Source: a virus
DNA length: 64,000 nucleotides
Virus record (IMG/VR): IMGVR_UViG_3300032401_001693
Span: 37,812 to 101,811 of that record
Reading direction: 5' to 3' (one strand)
The notes beneath the pieces were generated by a model. That model saw nothing but the letters and a program-made list of their open reading frames with translations. It was not told the origin of the DNA and searched no databases. This document shows, piece after piece, positions 46,407 to 56,468 of the stretch (position 1 is the stretch's first letter; the number at the start of each line of letters is the position of its first letter). The translations under genes were made by a program, and so were the position numbers.

Positions 46407-46872
46407 CGTAGGCTGCGGTGATCAGTATTGTGAATGGATGATGAACTGTGATCGTTATAGCGAGAAGGTTGATGTAAGATGTGATGCTATTATGTTGCCT
46501 TTCAAGGAAGGTATGTTTGATTTTATTCATGCTATTCATGTTATAGAACACTTCGATTTTCAAGAATCTTTTGCTGTTCTGAAGGAGTGGAGAAGGGTAC
46601 TAAAAATTGGAGGGGAGTTGCATATAGAGACCCCGAATTTTACAAGGCTTTGCCAGAGGTTTCTTGAAATTGATGAGGCAGGGTGGCCAGCTTTTTATGG
46701 AATGTTTTTTTCTTACCCTTGGGATCCTGGGCAGTTACATAAGTTTCTCTATACTGAGAAGCAGTTACGTTGGAATTTAGAATCGGTTGGTTTTAATAGG
46801 ATAGGTCTTGAACGCGCTATTCGATACAAAGATTTGGAGGATGTTTGTTTGGGTATGGTCGGCACCAAATGA
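46384..46872 (+). CDS. class I SAM-dependent methyltransferase (paralog group A)
   Basis: LNVGCG, HVIEH, EWRRVLKIGG..ETP. Confidence 0.85.
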   Translation: MGQPLILNVGCGDQYCEWMMNCDRYSEKVDVRCDAIMLPFKEGMFDFIHAIHVIEHFDFQESFAVLKEWRRVLKIGGELHIETPNFTRLCQRFLEIDEAGWPAFYGMFFSYPWDPGQLHKFLYTEKQLRWNLESVGFNRIGLERAIRYKDLEDVCLGMVGTK

Positions 46873-47351
46873 AACTGAATATAGGATGTGGAAACTATTG
46901 TCTTGATGAGTGGGTAAACTTGGATATTAAGAAACATGACCCTAAGACCAATGTGTTGGCTGATGCTAGGAGTTTACCGTTTAAGGATGAATCGTTTGAC
47001 GAAATATACAGCTCGCATTTAATTGAACATTTTGGGTTTCAGGAAACGTTTGGAGTTCTTAAGGAGTGGAAGAGGGTGCTACGAGAGGGTGGAAAACTGG
47101 TGGTAGAAACTCCTGATTTTTTAGGTCTTTGCAATAGGTTTATAATAGTGGATGAGGAGGAGAGGGTGAGAATGTACACCCATATTTTTGGATGGTTTGG
47201 AGATCCTTTACAGTTGCACCAATTTCTTTATACAGCTACCCAGCTCCAGTGGACTCTTGATTTGGTGGGGTTTAGATATATTACTCGAGTACCAGCACTA
47301 CGATATCCAGGTGGTGAAGATATTAATCTAAAAATGGAGTGTTTGAAGTGA
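46869..47351 (+). CDS. class I SAM-dependent methyltransferase (paralog group A)
   Basis: ATGA-coupled start at 46869; LNIGCG, SHLIEH, EWKRVLREGG..ETPD. Confidence 0.85.
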   Translation: MKLNIGCGNYCLDEWVNLDIKKHDPKTNVLADARSLPFKDESFDEIYSSHLIEHFGFQETFGVLKEWKRVLREGGKLVVETPDFLGLCNRFIIVDEEERVRMYTHIFGWFGDPLQLHQFLYTATQLQWTLDLVGFRYITRVPALRYPGGEDINLKMECLK

Positions 47352-47932
47352 TGGAGCATTTTTGTCATACTATTCCAGGATTTTTTACATTTTCAGATAT
47401 CTATAGATATATGGTTAATTTCTATCCTAGTGGATCTCACTTTGTTGAGGTAGGATCCTGGTTTGGTAAATCTACAGTTTTTATGGCGGTAGAGATTATA
47501 AGCTCTGGCAAAAATATCAAATTCGATGCTGTAGATACTTGGAAATCTGATTATATACCAGAAACATTTTTAGTTGAAGGGACTCTGGAGTATGAGGCGG
47601 TGGTAAAAAAAGGTAACATTTTTTATGAATTTCTTAGAAACATCGAATCTGTGAAGTATATAGTCAATCCAATAAGGTTGGATTCTGTGAAGGCCGCGAA
47701 TTTGTATGACGACAAATCTTTAGAGTTTGTGTTTATAGATGCAAGCCATGTTTATGAGAATGTATTAAGTGATATAAAAGCTTGGTTTCCTAAAGTGAAG
47801 CAAGGAGGACATATAGCTGGGCATGATTATCCAGCTCCTGATGTTAAGAGGGCTGTTGATGAATTCTTTAATGGAAAAATGTTTTACTGTGATTTTAATC
47901 AGCAAGGCATCTGGAGCTATTTTTTAGGATGA
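47339..47932 (+). CDS. class I SAM-dependent methyltransferase (Methyltransf_24-like)
   Basis: FVEVGSWFGKS, VDTW, FVFIDASHVYE..DI.AW.PKVK.GG.IAGHDY. Confidence 0.85.
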   Translation: MFEVMEHFCHTIPGFFTFSDIYRYMVNFYPSGSHFVEVGSWFGKSTVFMAVEIISSGKNIKFDAVDTWKSDYIPETFLVEGTLEYEAVVKKGNIFYEFLRNIESVKYIVNPIRLDSVKAANLYDDKSLEFVFIDASHVYENVLSDIKAWFPKVKQGGHIAGHDYPAPDVKRAVDEFFNGKMFYCDFNQQGIWSYFLG

Positions 47933-47940
47933 GGTGAAAA

Positions 47941-50760
47941 ATGTTGTATGACTGCTTCTCGTTTTTCAATGAATTTGAGGTGTTAGATATTAGGTTACAT
48001 GAATTGGAATCCTGTGTAGATAAGTTTGTCTTAGTAGAATCTACAAAGACCCACAGAGGTAAGGAAAAACCACTATATTTTAACGAGAATAAGCATATGT
48101 TTAAGTATTATCTGGATAGGATTATCCATATTATTGTGGACGATCCACCGGGGTTAGATTCTGGAGGTTGGGGTTTAGAAAACTTTCAAAGGGACTGCAT
48201 CATGCGAGGATTGGAAGGTTGTAAATCAGAAGATGTCATATTGATCTCGGATGTGGATGAGATTCCTAGAGGTAGGATTGTACAGGATCAGCTATTGAGT
48301 AAATTAAAACCAATTCCAGATGGAGTTTTCTACACCTTTGAGCATGTGTTTTATTGCTATTATCTGAATGCCTATATTGAAAATTTGATTTGGAATGGAA
48401 CTTTTGCAGTAAACTACGGTACTCTTAGTAATAGGTCTCCTCAGATTTTTAGGGACTGGGTTAGGGAACTGCGTCCTAGAAGTAGGGAGGTGGAACTTAA
48501 GATAAAAAACGGAGGATGGCATTTTAGTTATTTGGCTTCTGTAGAAAAGATACAGGAGAAGATTAGTGCTTTGGCTCATTCAGAATTTGATACGAAAGTG
48601 ATTAATAATCCAGATTATCTAAAGAAGTGTATTTCTGAACTTAGGAGTTATATTCCTGGAAGTGAGGCAATAGTCCTGAAAGCTGAGGGGTTTTCTGACT
48701 GTGATCTTCCTTCCTATGTGAAAGAAAACAAAGATCGCTTTTCTAATTATATTAAGAGTGAGGGAGTTTCCTACATAGTTGCAGTAACTTCTGATTACAA
48801 GGGTTGTGGATTAGTTGACTCTTGGAGAAAAATAGGTGATAGTGAACTGATACAAATAAAGGGAGCTAATTCACTGGCTGAGGCCTATAATCAGGGAATT
48901 AAGCTGGCAAAACATAAAATAAAATGCTTCATACATCAGGATGTGATAATTTTGAATGATAGGCTTGAGGAAGCATTGGTTCGTTACTGTACTGAGGATG
49001 TTGGGATGGTGGGGGTAATAGGGACTAAAAATTCTGATGCTATACCTTGGTGGGAAGGTAGTATGCCTGGAATTTATAATAATCCATCCTCTGATCTTAT
49101 AGGTGGGATTTTGGATTCAGAGCTGGGATTTTGTATTTATAACCAGCAAGGTGGTGACTGTGCTCTTTTGGATGGTGTGTTTTTGGCAACTTGCCAGGAT
49201 ATTGAATTTGATGAGCGATATTTTGGATTTAATGTTGGGAAAATGTCATTCTACGATCAGGATATCTGCAGGCAACTGTTAGCTCGCGGGTTTAAGAATT
49301 TTTGTCTTCCATTAGGCCATCAATTAGTTGTTCATAATACTGGCAAGAGTTCATTTTTGGGATTTGAAGAAAATAAAAAGTTATACAAGGAGAAATGGAA
49401 CATGAAGAAAGGCAGAATCTTGGTAGATTGGCCAGCATCGCAAAAGATTTATGAATTGGATTTGCTACAGGATTTTCTTTCTGACAAGGGTATAAAGAGG
49501 GTTTTAGAGATTGGAACTTTTTTTGGAGGGACGACTTTGTTATGGGCTAAAATGGTAGAACCAGATGGTAGGGTCTATACCGCTGATATGGATGCACATC
49601 CTGGACGACAGTGTTATGATACGACTAAGTGGAAGAATCTAGTTGTTGATATGCAAGGAGATAGTCATGATCACCAGTTTAAGAAAAAACTCTATGAGGC
49701 TGTCGGTAAAGAAGTAGATATGCTTTTTGTGGATGGTGACCATAGTTATGAGGGAGTTAAGAAGGACTTTTATGATTATATACCCCTGGTTAAAAATGGT
49801 GGATATGTAGTTTTTCATGATATTATAGATTCTCCAGCCCATAGGTGGCAAGGTTGTATGGTTTCTGAATTTTGGGAGGAAATAAAAAAACAATATGAGT
49901 ATTGGGAATTCTATCAGCCTGATATGGCTGATCCTTCTTGTAGGGAAAACATACACATGGGAATTGGGGTTTTGAAACTTATGCTTAAATCCACTAGTCT
50001 CAAACTCAGTCTGGAAGAAAAGCCCAATGTATCAATAGTAGTTGGAACGGTTAATCATCTTGAGGATTGTCTGAAACCATGTCTAGAATCTGTACTAAAG
50101 TATACTAATCTAGAAGATAAGGAGGTTATCGTAGTAGCGAATGGGTGTACAGATGGAACAAGAGAATATGTTGAGAGTTTGGGCAAGCCTTTTAAATTAG
50201 TGTGGTTTGATAACCCGATAGGTCCTGGTGGATTTTGCAATGAGGGGATTAAGGCAGCTAAAGGCAAGTTTATTATTTTCCTAAGTAACGATACGGTTCT
50301 TCTGGATCAGAAGAAAGACGCATGGATTAGTTTGCTAAAGGTTCCGTTTGAAATAGACAGTACAGTTGGATTGACCTCTCCTATGAGATTTACCTTAGAC
50401 TTTGGCGATTTTTCTGCAGAGGCGGTGGCATACTGGTGTGTGATGATTAAGAGAGAAGTGTTTGATAAAGTTGGATATTTGGATGCAACTTTTTATAGTT
50501 CCTTTGGGCCTTTTGGAATTGAGGATATAGATTTTTCAATAAGAGCGACAAGGGCTGGTTACCGCCAAGTTCAGGTTCCTACTGATGTAACTTTTAAATT
50601 TCTAGAGGAAAAACCCATTATGAATTTTCCTATTTGGCATAAGGGGAGTGTAACGATAGATGAAATGTATAGGACTAAGGCTGATATCGGATTTAAGATG
50701 ATGGACGAAAAAAAGAATATGGAACTTATACGTGAGAGATATGGAACAAAAAGTGATTGA
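47941..50760 (+). CDS. four-domain fusion: GT17-like + GT-A-like + methyltransferase + GT2
   Basis: YDCF.FFNE..L.IRL.EL...ISDVDEIP...GGWHFSY (GT17); YNQGI..FIHQDV..LDGVFLA..FYDQDIC; LEIGT..GGT..LFVDGDHSYE; NGCTDGT..LSNDT..EDIDFS. Confidence 0.8.
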   Translation: MLYDCFSFFNEFEVLDIRLHELESCVDKFVLVESTKTHRGKEKPLYFNENKHMFKYYLDRIIHIIVDDPPGLDSGGWGLENFQRDCIMRGLEGCKSEDVILISDVDEIPRGRIVQDQLLSKLKPIPDGVFYTFEHVFYCYYLNAYIENLIWNGTFAVNYGTLSNRSPQIFRDWVRELRPRSREVELKIKNGGWHFSYLASVEKIQEKISALAHSEFDTKVINNPDYLKKCISELRSYIPGSEAIVLKAEGFSDCDLPSYVKENKDRFSNYIKSEGVSYIVAVTSDYKGCGLVDSWRKIGDSELIQIKGANSLAEAYNQGIKLAKHKIKCFIHQDVIILNDRLEEALVRYCTEDVGMVGVIGTKNSDAIPWWEGSMPGIYNNPSSDLIGGILDSELGFCIYNQQGGDCALLDGVFLATCQDIEFDERYFGFNVGKMSFYDQDICRQLLARGFKNFCLPLGHQLVVHNTGKSSFLGFEENKKLYKEKWNMKKGRILVDWPASQKIYELDLLQDFLSDKGIKRVLEIGTFFGGTTLLWAKMVEPDGRVYTADMDAHPGRQCYDTTKWKNLVVDMQGDSHDHQFKKKLYEAVGKEVDMLFVDGDHSYEGVKKDFYDYIPLVKNGGYVVFHDIIDSPAHRWQGCMVSEFWEEIKKQYEYWEFYQPDMADPSCRENIHMGIGVLKLMLKSTSLKLSLEEKPNVSIVVGTVNHLEDCLKPCLESVLKYTNLEDKEVIVVANGCTDGTREYVESLGKPFKLVWFDNPIGPGGFCNEGIKAAKGKFIIFLSNDTVLLDQKKDAWISLLKVPFEIDSTVGLTSPMRFTLDFGDFSAEAVAYWCVMIKREVFDKVGYLDATFYSSFGPFGIEDIDFSIRATRAGYRQVQVPTDVTFKFLEEKPIMNFPIWHKGSVTIDEMYRTKADIGFKMMDEKKNMELIRERYGTKSD

Positions 50761-51217
50761 AGGAACTAGGCTGAATTTAGTTCCTATAAATGAATCAGAT
50801 ATAGAGTGGTTGCGAGTAATTAGGAATCAGAACAAAGACCATTTTTTTGACAGTGGGGAGATATTACCTGAACAGCAGAAGATTTGGTATGAGCATTATC
50901 TAGGAAGTACTGATCAGATGTATATAGTTGAGCTGAAGTCTGGTGAGAAGATAGGAACGGTTGCATTGTATAATATAGATGATGATAATAAAACTGCTAC
51001 ATTTGGGAGAATAACTCTGTTGAAGGAATATAGGGGTAAAGGGTATGCAGAGGAATTTGTACGGCTACTAATAGACGAGGCTTTTGGTGGATTGGAGTTA
51101 CATAAACTTAAAGTAGAGGTTCATTTGGATAATATAGATGCTATAGCTATTTATGCCAGGTCTGGGTTTAGGGTAGCTACTAAACCTGTTCTTCTTTTAG
51201 AAAGGGTTAAAAAATGA
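50741..51217 (+). CDS. GNAT (RimJ/PseH-like) N-acetyltransferase
   Basis: L...RN, IGTV.L, EYRGKGYA, N..AI..Y.R.GF. Confidence 0.8.
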   Translation: MEQKVIEGTRLNLVPINESDIEWLRVIRNQNKDHFFDSGEILPEQQKIWYEHYLGSTDQMYIVELKSGEKIGTVALYNIDDDNKTATFGRITLLKEYRGKGYAEEFVRLLIDEAFGGLELHKLKVEVHLDNIDAIAIYARSGFRVATKPVLLLERVKK

Positions 51218-52320
51218 TACCTGTATTTAGGCCCTCATTCGGAGAAGAGGAATTAGAAGCACTGAGGGAGACCTTCAGAACTGGATGGATAGGTTTGGGT
51301 CCTAAGACTAAAGAGTTTGAGGAAAAGTTTGCAGCATATATTGGGACAAAGTTTGCAGTTGCTGTCAATTCAGGAACAGCGGCACTCCATCTGGCATTAA
51401 AGGTACTTAATGTTGAGGGAATGGAAGTTATAACTACGCCTATGACTTTTATATCTACCAATCATGCGATTCTTTATAATGACGCAATTCCAGTATTTGC
51501 AGATATTGAGCCGGATACTTTTAATATTAGTCCTGTAGAGATAGAAAAGAATATTAGTGTAAAGACAAAAGCAATACTGGTAGTTCACTATGGTGGGCAT
51601 GCCTGTGATATGGATCCGATTCTAGAATTAGCAAGAGATAGGAACATTTATGTAGTAGAGGACGCTGCTCATGGTTGTGGTGGAGAATATAAAGGGCAGA
51701 AATTGGGATCTTTGGGATCTTTGGGATGCTTTAGTTTTCATGCAGTTAAAAATATGTCAACAGGAGAAGGTGGGGCAATTACTACTAATGATCCAGAGTT
51801 GTATGGGAGGTTGCTTAAGTTGAGATGGATGGGAATTTCAAGAGATACTTGGTCTAGGGAAGAAGAGGATAGGAAGTATTCATGGTATTATAATGTAGAA
51901 GAAGTGGGTTTCAAGTATCATATGAATGACATTTCGGCTTCTATTGGTTTAGTCCAGCTTGGGAAATTAGATAAAATGAACCAGAGAAGGAAGGAGCTAA
52001 CAGAAAGATACAATGAGGGCCTAAGGGGTTTGGAGTGGTTGGAAATTCCTATTGTCAGGCACTACGCAAAGTCTTCTTATCATAACTATGTGATAAGAAC
52101 TGAGAAAAGAGATTATCTTAATGCTTATCTGAAAGAGAAGGGGATCTCGACAGGTGTTCACTATATTCCTAGCAACCACTATGAGATGTACCTTACTTTT
52201 AAGGGGTGTACACCCGTTTCTGATTCCATTTGGAGGAAGGTACTAACTCTTCCGTTGTTTCCGGATTTAAGATATGAAGAGGTGGATTTTATTATCCATG
52301 AGATTGAGGAATCTAGATGA
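51214..52320 (+). CDS. DegT/DnrJ/EryC1/StrS family sugar aminotransferase
   Basis: GWIGLGP, NSGTAALHLA, VHYGG, EDAAH, FSFHAVKNMSTGEGG, LTLPLFP. Confidence 0.92.
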   Translation: MIPVFRPSFGEEELEALRETFRTGWIGLGPKTKEFEEKFAAYIGTKFAVAVNSGTAALHLALKVLNVEGMEVITTPMTFISTNHAILYNDAIPVFADIEPDTFNISPVEIEKNISVKTKAILVVHYGGHACDMDPILELARDRNIYVVEDAAHGCGGEYKGQKLGSLGSLGCFSFHAVKNMSTGEGGAITTNDPELYGRLLKLRWMGISRDTWSREEEDRKYSWYYNVEEVGFKYHMNDISASIGLVQLGKLDKMNQRRKELTERYNEGLRGLEWLEIPIVRHYAKSSYHNYVIRTEKRDYLNAYLKEKGISTGVHYIPSNHYEMYLTFKGCTPVSDSIWRKVLTLPLFPDLRYEEVDFIIHEIEESR

Positions 52321-53024
52321 AAGCAGGATTGGTTTCTATTATAATAGCTACCTGTAATAATCACTTAGAAGATTGTCTTAAGCCTTGTATAGAAAGTATT
52401 ATTTCTAATACTGACTTGACAAAATCAGAGGTGGTAGTAGTGGCTAGTGGTTGCACGGATGGAACTAGAGAATATGTTAATTCCTTAGGATCACCTTTTA
52501 AGTTGGTATGGTATGAGGATATTGTTGGACTGCCCGCTGCTATAAATTCAGGAATATGGGTATCTGAGGGAGAGTGGATCGTCCATTTGGACGATGATAT
52601 AGTTATTCTACCTCATCAAGATGGATGGATTTTTGTATTAATGGAACCTTTTTTGAAAAACCCAAGAGTGGGAATTACAGGTCCTACAAAGATGACAATT
52701 TTTGATAGGTTCTTTTTGATTGGTTTTTGCGTCATGTTCAAAAGGGAGGTCTTTGATAGGGCAGGTCCATATGATGAGATATTTTCACCTGGTGCTGGGG
52801 AGGATACTGACTTTTGTTTAAAAGTGCAGGATGCAGGGTATAGATTGGTTCAGGTTCCCATTGAGAGCCAACTTGAAGCAAATCATGAGAATAGAGTTAT
52901 GGTGGGTGAATTTCCAATTTGGCATAAGGGAGAAAGAACTCTGTCTTTTATACCTGGTATTACTTATGATGAGATTATAACCAAAAATACGAAGATTCTA
53001 GTTGAAAGATATGGTAAAAGATAA
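52317..53024 (+). CDS. GT2 glycosyltransferase (paralog group B)
   Basis: SIII..NHLEDCLKPC..GCTDGTREY..LDDD..GEDTDFC. Confidence 0.85.
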   Translation: MKAGLVSIIIATCNNHLEDCLKPCIESIISNTDLTKSEVVVVASGCTDGTREYVNSLGSPFKLVWYEDIVGLPAAINSGIWVSEGEWIVHLDDDIVILPHQDGWIFVLMEPFLKNPRVGITGPTKMTIFDRFFLIGFCVMFKREVFDRAGPYDEIFSPGAGEDTDFCLKVQDAGYRLVQVPIESQLEANHENRVMVGEFPIWHKGERTLSFIPGITYDEIITKNTKILVERYGKR

Positions 53025-53742
53025 AATAAGTATTATAATTCCTACTCTAAATCACTTGCAAGATTGCCTAAGACCTTGTGTAGAGAGCGTAATCAGATTT
53101 ACGGATTTTACCAATGTTGAGGTAATTATTTCAGCAAATGGTTGTACGGATGGAACTAGAGAATATGTTGACAGTCTCGGAGACTCCTTCAAATTGGTAT
53201 GGAACGAAGAACCTTTAGGATTTCCGAAAGCTATTAATGAGGGAATCAAAGCATCTGAAGGAGAGTTTATAGTTTTACTCAACAATGACACGGTGATTTT
53301 GGGACCTGATTGGTTGTCTTGGTTGAAAAGTCCCTTTTCCAATTCTTCGGTTGGTATAACAGGTCCTCTTAGAATGTACCAGCAAGAGACTCGACGGCTT
53401 TTTCTGATTTTCTTTTGTGTTATGATTAAGAGGGAGCTATTTGATAAGATTGGTTTGTTGGATGAGTCTTTTACCATTGGTGGTGGTGAAGATACAGATT
53501 TTTGTTTCAAAGCGGTAGATATGGGGTATAAGTTTATACAGGTTCCCTATGATGCAACGTGCTATGATGGTGATATGAATCCAATAGATGGCCTGGTGTT
53601 TACTTCAGAGTTTGCTATTGGGTGGTTTCCAATTTATCATAAGGGTGAGGTGACCACGCATGAGTCTAAAGATATAAGTGAGGTGCAAGCTTTGAATTTG
53701 AAAATACTTATGGATAGGTATGGCGATGGCACTAAAGTATAA
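53011..53742 (+). CDS. GT2 glycosyltransferase (paralog group B)
   Basis: SIIIPT.NHLQDCLRPC..NGCTDGTREY..LNNDT..GEDTDFC. Confidence 0.85.
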   Translation: MVKDKISIIIPTLNHLQDCLRPCVESVIRFTDFTNVEVIISANGCTDGTREYVDSLGDSFKLVWNEEPLGFPKAINEGIKASEGEFIVLLNNDTVILGPDWLSWLKSPFSNSSVGITGPLRMYQQETRRLFLIFFCVMIKRELFDKIGLLDESFTIGGGEDTDFCFKAVDMGYKFIQVPYDATCYDGDMNPIDGLVFTSEFAIGWFPIYHKGEVTTHESKDISEVQALNLKILMDRYGDGTKV

Positions 53743-55912
53743 GTGTTCTATTACTATTCCTAGTTGTAACGTAACTTACTTAAAATTATGTGTGAATGCT
53801 ATTGTTGCTTACACGGACATGAAAGATATAGAGATAATTATAGTGGCAAACGGGTGTGGGAATGATAATAGACAGGAGATTGAGTCACTGTTCTATGATA
53901 ACTCTGAATTAGGTGTTTTGTTATGGGCTGACTCCGCAATAGGATTTCCAAAAAGCTGCAATTTTGGTATACAGAACTCTTCAGGTGAGATCGTTATTTT
54001 GATGAACGATGATTTTGAGTTGCAGCCTCAGTCTGAGAATATGTGGATTCAGATGCTGCTGGAACCTTTCAAGAATCCGAGTGTAGGTATCACCGGACCT
54101 CAGAGAGGGTTTGATTGTTACTTAAGAAGAGAATGTATGGTTTTTAGTTGTGTGGCAATAAGGAGAGAAGTGTTTGATAGGATTGGGTTACTAGATGAGA
54201 TATTTTCTCCTGGAGGGTATGAAGATTTGGATTTTTGTGTAAGGGCGTGTGATGCGGGTTATGAGTTGGTACAGGTTCCTTATGAGATTGAGCCATTTAA
54301 GAAACCAAGGGATTTTCCGAAGGATCTGGAGAACTATGTGGCTTTGCACTCAGATTTTCCTGCTTGGCATGGTGGGTATGGGACACTTCTTAAGTTTTTC
54401 AATCTAGAAGAAATTAATTCTAGAAATTTGCATAGATATTTGAATAAAAATTTTTACAAGGAGGACAAAATGGGGATAACTGCTGAAGTGATTATGCCGT
54501 GCTTTAATGGAGAACAGAGTCTTCCTAAGACACTAAACTCACTACTTCTTCAAGCTTATCAACAATGGAGACTATGGTTCTGCAACGATGGATCTACTGA
54601 TAGGAGTTATGAGATTCTTATTAACTGGAGAAGAATTATTGGTGATGACCAGATAAGGGTATTTAGTGGGCTGAACCAAGGGGTTAGCAGAGCTAGAAAT
54701 TTTCTGAGGGCTAATATACTACAGAATGCTCCAGAAGATAGTATAATTTTCTTTTTGGACAGTGATGATTTTTGGCATCCAGAGCATATCTCTAAATACC
54801 TTGACTATTTTGAGAAGAATCCAGACACGGATTTTATATACTCAGATGTGAAATGTATATTTAGTGATGGTTCGGTAGCAATTCCTCGGGGTATAACTCA
54901 GCCTTACTTTGGTCCTCCAGTCTATATCAGTACGGTTGCCTTTAGGAAGAAGTGTTTTAGTGTTGGTGAGTTTGATTATAGGGTGGAAGGTAGGGAGGAT
55001 GTACTTTTATGGCTTAAAATAAAAGACGCGGGCTATAAGATAGCTCATTTGCCTATGATCCTGACTACGTATACTGTGAATGAGGGTGGGGTGGCTGGTT
55101 CTTGGAATGAAAATAAGGATGATATCTTTTGGAAAGAAGTTAAAAAGCTAAATGTTGAGGGGGAATTAGAAACATCAGTTGTAATTTCAAATTACAACTA
55201 CGGGAGATTTATAGGGGAAGCTATACAGAGTTGTTTGGATTTGAATCCTCCAGCTTCTGAGATTATTATTGTGGATGACTGTTCAACAGATGATAGTGTT
55301 AAAATTATTAAGGAATACTGTGAGAAGTACCCTGGTTTTATTAAATATGAGGTTTTGTCTAGCAATTATGGGTCTAGAGATAGGCCACTTAATGTAGGTA
55401 TTGGTTTGGCAAAAGGTAAGTATATTGTCACACTTGATTCTGACGATACTTTAGCTCCTGACTATTTTGAAAAAGTTCTACCCCAGTTCTCAAATGATAG
55501 GATAGGAGTGGTTCGGGTTGGGTATTACCTATTCACAGAAGGATTGTATTGGATGCCGGAAGTCTGGGCAACTGATGATCGGGTCAGGGATCTTTTGGAG
55601 ACTAATTATGTTCTATGTTCTTCCTGTTTTAGGAAGAAAGTGTGGGAGGAAATTGGTGGGTTTACTGAAAATGAATATAACAAAGAGGTAATCTTTTCAG
55701 ATTGGGATTTTTGGATTAGAACTGCTATTGCTGGGTGGGAGTTTTCTGATGCTTTTTATCCTCTTTGCAACTATAGAACTCATGAAGGGTCAGGAACTAA
55801 CAATATAGACTTTACATTTGCCTTTGAATATTTGAAGAGTAAGTATGCAGATTTAATAAAGCAAAAGGGCGTTACTATGAGAGTCCATACTTCTCCACCA
55901 GTTCTAGGGTAG
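53720..55912 (+). CDS. triple GT2 glycosyltransferase fusion
   Basis: Three GT-A units: SITIP..MNDD..EDLDFC; VIMPCFN..NDGSTD..LDSDD..ED; VVISNYN..VDDCSTD..LDSDD..DWDFW. Confidence 0.85.
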   Translation: MAMALKYKCSITIPSCNVTYLKLCVNAIVAYTDMKDIEIIIVANGCGNDNRQEIESLFYDNSELGVLLWADSAIGFPKSCNFGIQNSSGEIVILMNDDFELQPQSENMWIQMLLEPFKNPSVGITGPQRGFDCYLRRECMVFSCVAIRREVFDRIGLLDEIFSPGGYEDLDFCVRACDAGYELVQVPYEIEPFKKPRDFPKDLENYVALHSDFPAWHGGYGTLLKFFNLEEINSRNLHRYLNKNFYKEDKMGITAEVIMPCFNGEQSLPKTLNSLLLQAYQQWRLWFCNDGSTDRSYEILINWRRIIGDDQIRVFSGLNQGVSRARNFLRANILQNAPEDSIIFFLDSDDFWHPEHISKYLDYFEKNPDTDFIYSDVKCIFSDGSVAIPRGITQPYFGPPVYISTVAFRKKCFSVGEFDYRVEGREDVLLWLKIKDAGYKIAHLPMILTTYTVNEGGVAGSWNENKDDIFWKEVKKLNVEGELETSVVISNYNYGRFIGEAIQSCLDLNPPASEIIIVDDCSTDDSVKIIKEYCEKYPGFIKYEVLSSNYGSRDRPLNVGIGLAKGKYIVTLDSDDTLAPDYFEKVLPQFSNDRIGVVRVGYYLFTEGLYWMPEVWATDDRVRDLLETNYVLCSSCFRKKVWEEIGGFTENEYNKEVIFSDWDFWIRTAIAGWEFSDAFYPLCNYRTHEGSGTNNIDFTFAFEYLKSKYADLIKQKGVTMRVHTSPPVLG

Positions 55913-55913
55913 T

Positions 55914-56399
55914 ATGTTAAAGTTGAATCTAGGGTGTGGAGATTATAGTCTTGATGGGTGGGTGAATATAGATCTTTACAATTCACAGGCTGATCTTTGC
56001 TGTGATGCAAGAAAACTGCCCTATGAAGGCAGTAGTGTAGATGAGATTTGGGCTTCTCACTTGATAGAGCACCTTGACTTTCGTCAGGGTCTAGAGGCTT
56101 TAACAGAGTGGTATAGAGTACTAAGGGTAGGAGGAAAGCTTAGTCTAGAAACTTTAGATTTTATAGGGTTATGTGGAGAGTTTCTGAGGTCTGGTGGTGA
56201 TGTACGTTTTTTTGATGCGTTTTTTGGATATCCGTGGGTTGAAGGCTCTGGGCATAAATTTTTATATACTGAGAGTCAGTTGAGGGGTACTTTGGAGGTA
56301 GTTGGCTTTAGAAATATTGTAGGAGTGAAACCTGATTCGGTAGGCGTAAAGAGTGGTTGGCCAGAATCTATATTTTTGAAAGTTGAGGTTTTTAAATGA
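55914..56399 (+). CDS. class I SAM-dependent methyltransferase (paralog group A)
   Basis: LNLGCG, SHLIEH, EWYRVLRVGG. Confidence 0.85.
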   Translation: MLKLNLGCGDYSLDGWVNIDLYNSQADLCCDARKLPYEGSSVDEIWASHLIEHLDFRQGLEALTEWYRVLRVGGKLSLETLDFIGLCGEFLRSGGDVRFFDAFFGYPWVEGSGHKFLYTESQLRGTLEVVGFRNIVGVKPDSVGVKSGWPESIFLKVEVFK

Positions 56400-56468
56400 A
56401 GAAACCAGGCCCAAAACCTGGGCATAATGAAGTTGTTTTAAATAAAATACGAAAGGAGGTGGTCTGAG

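Noticed and set aside
56396-56467. 23-aa ORF MKKPGPKPGHNEVVLNKIRKEVV
   Set aside because: Too short, with no recognisable motif; it may only couple translation or be a remnant.
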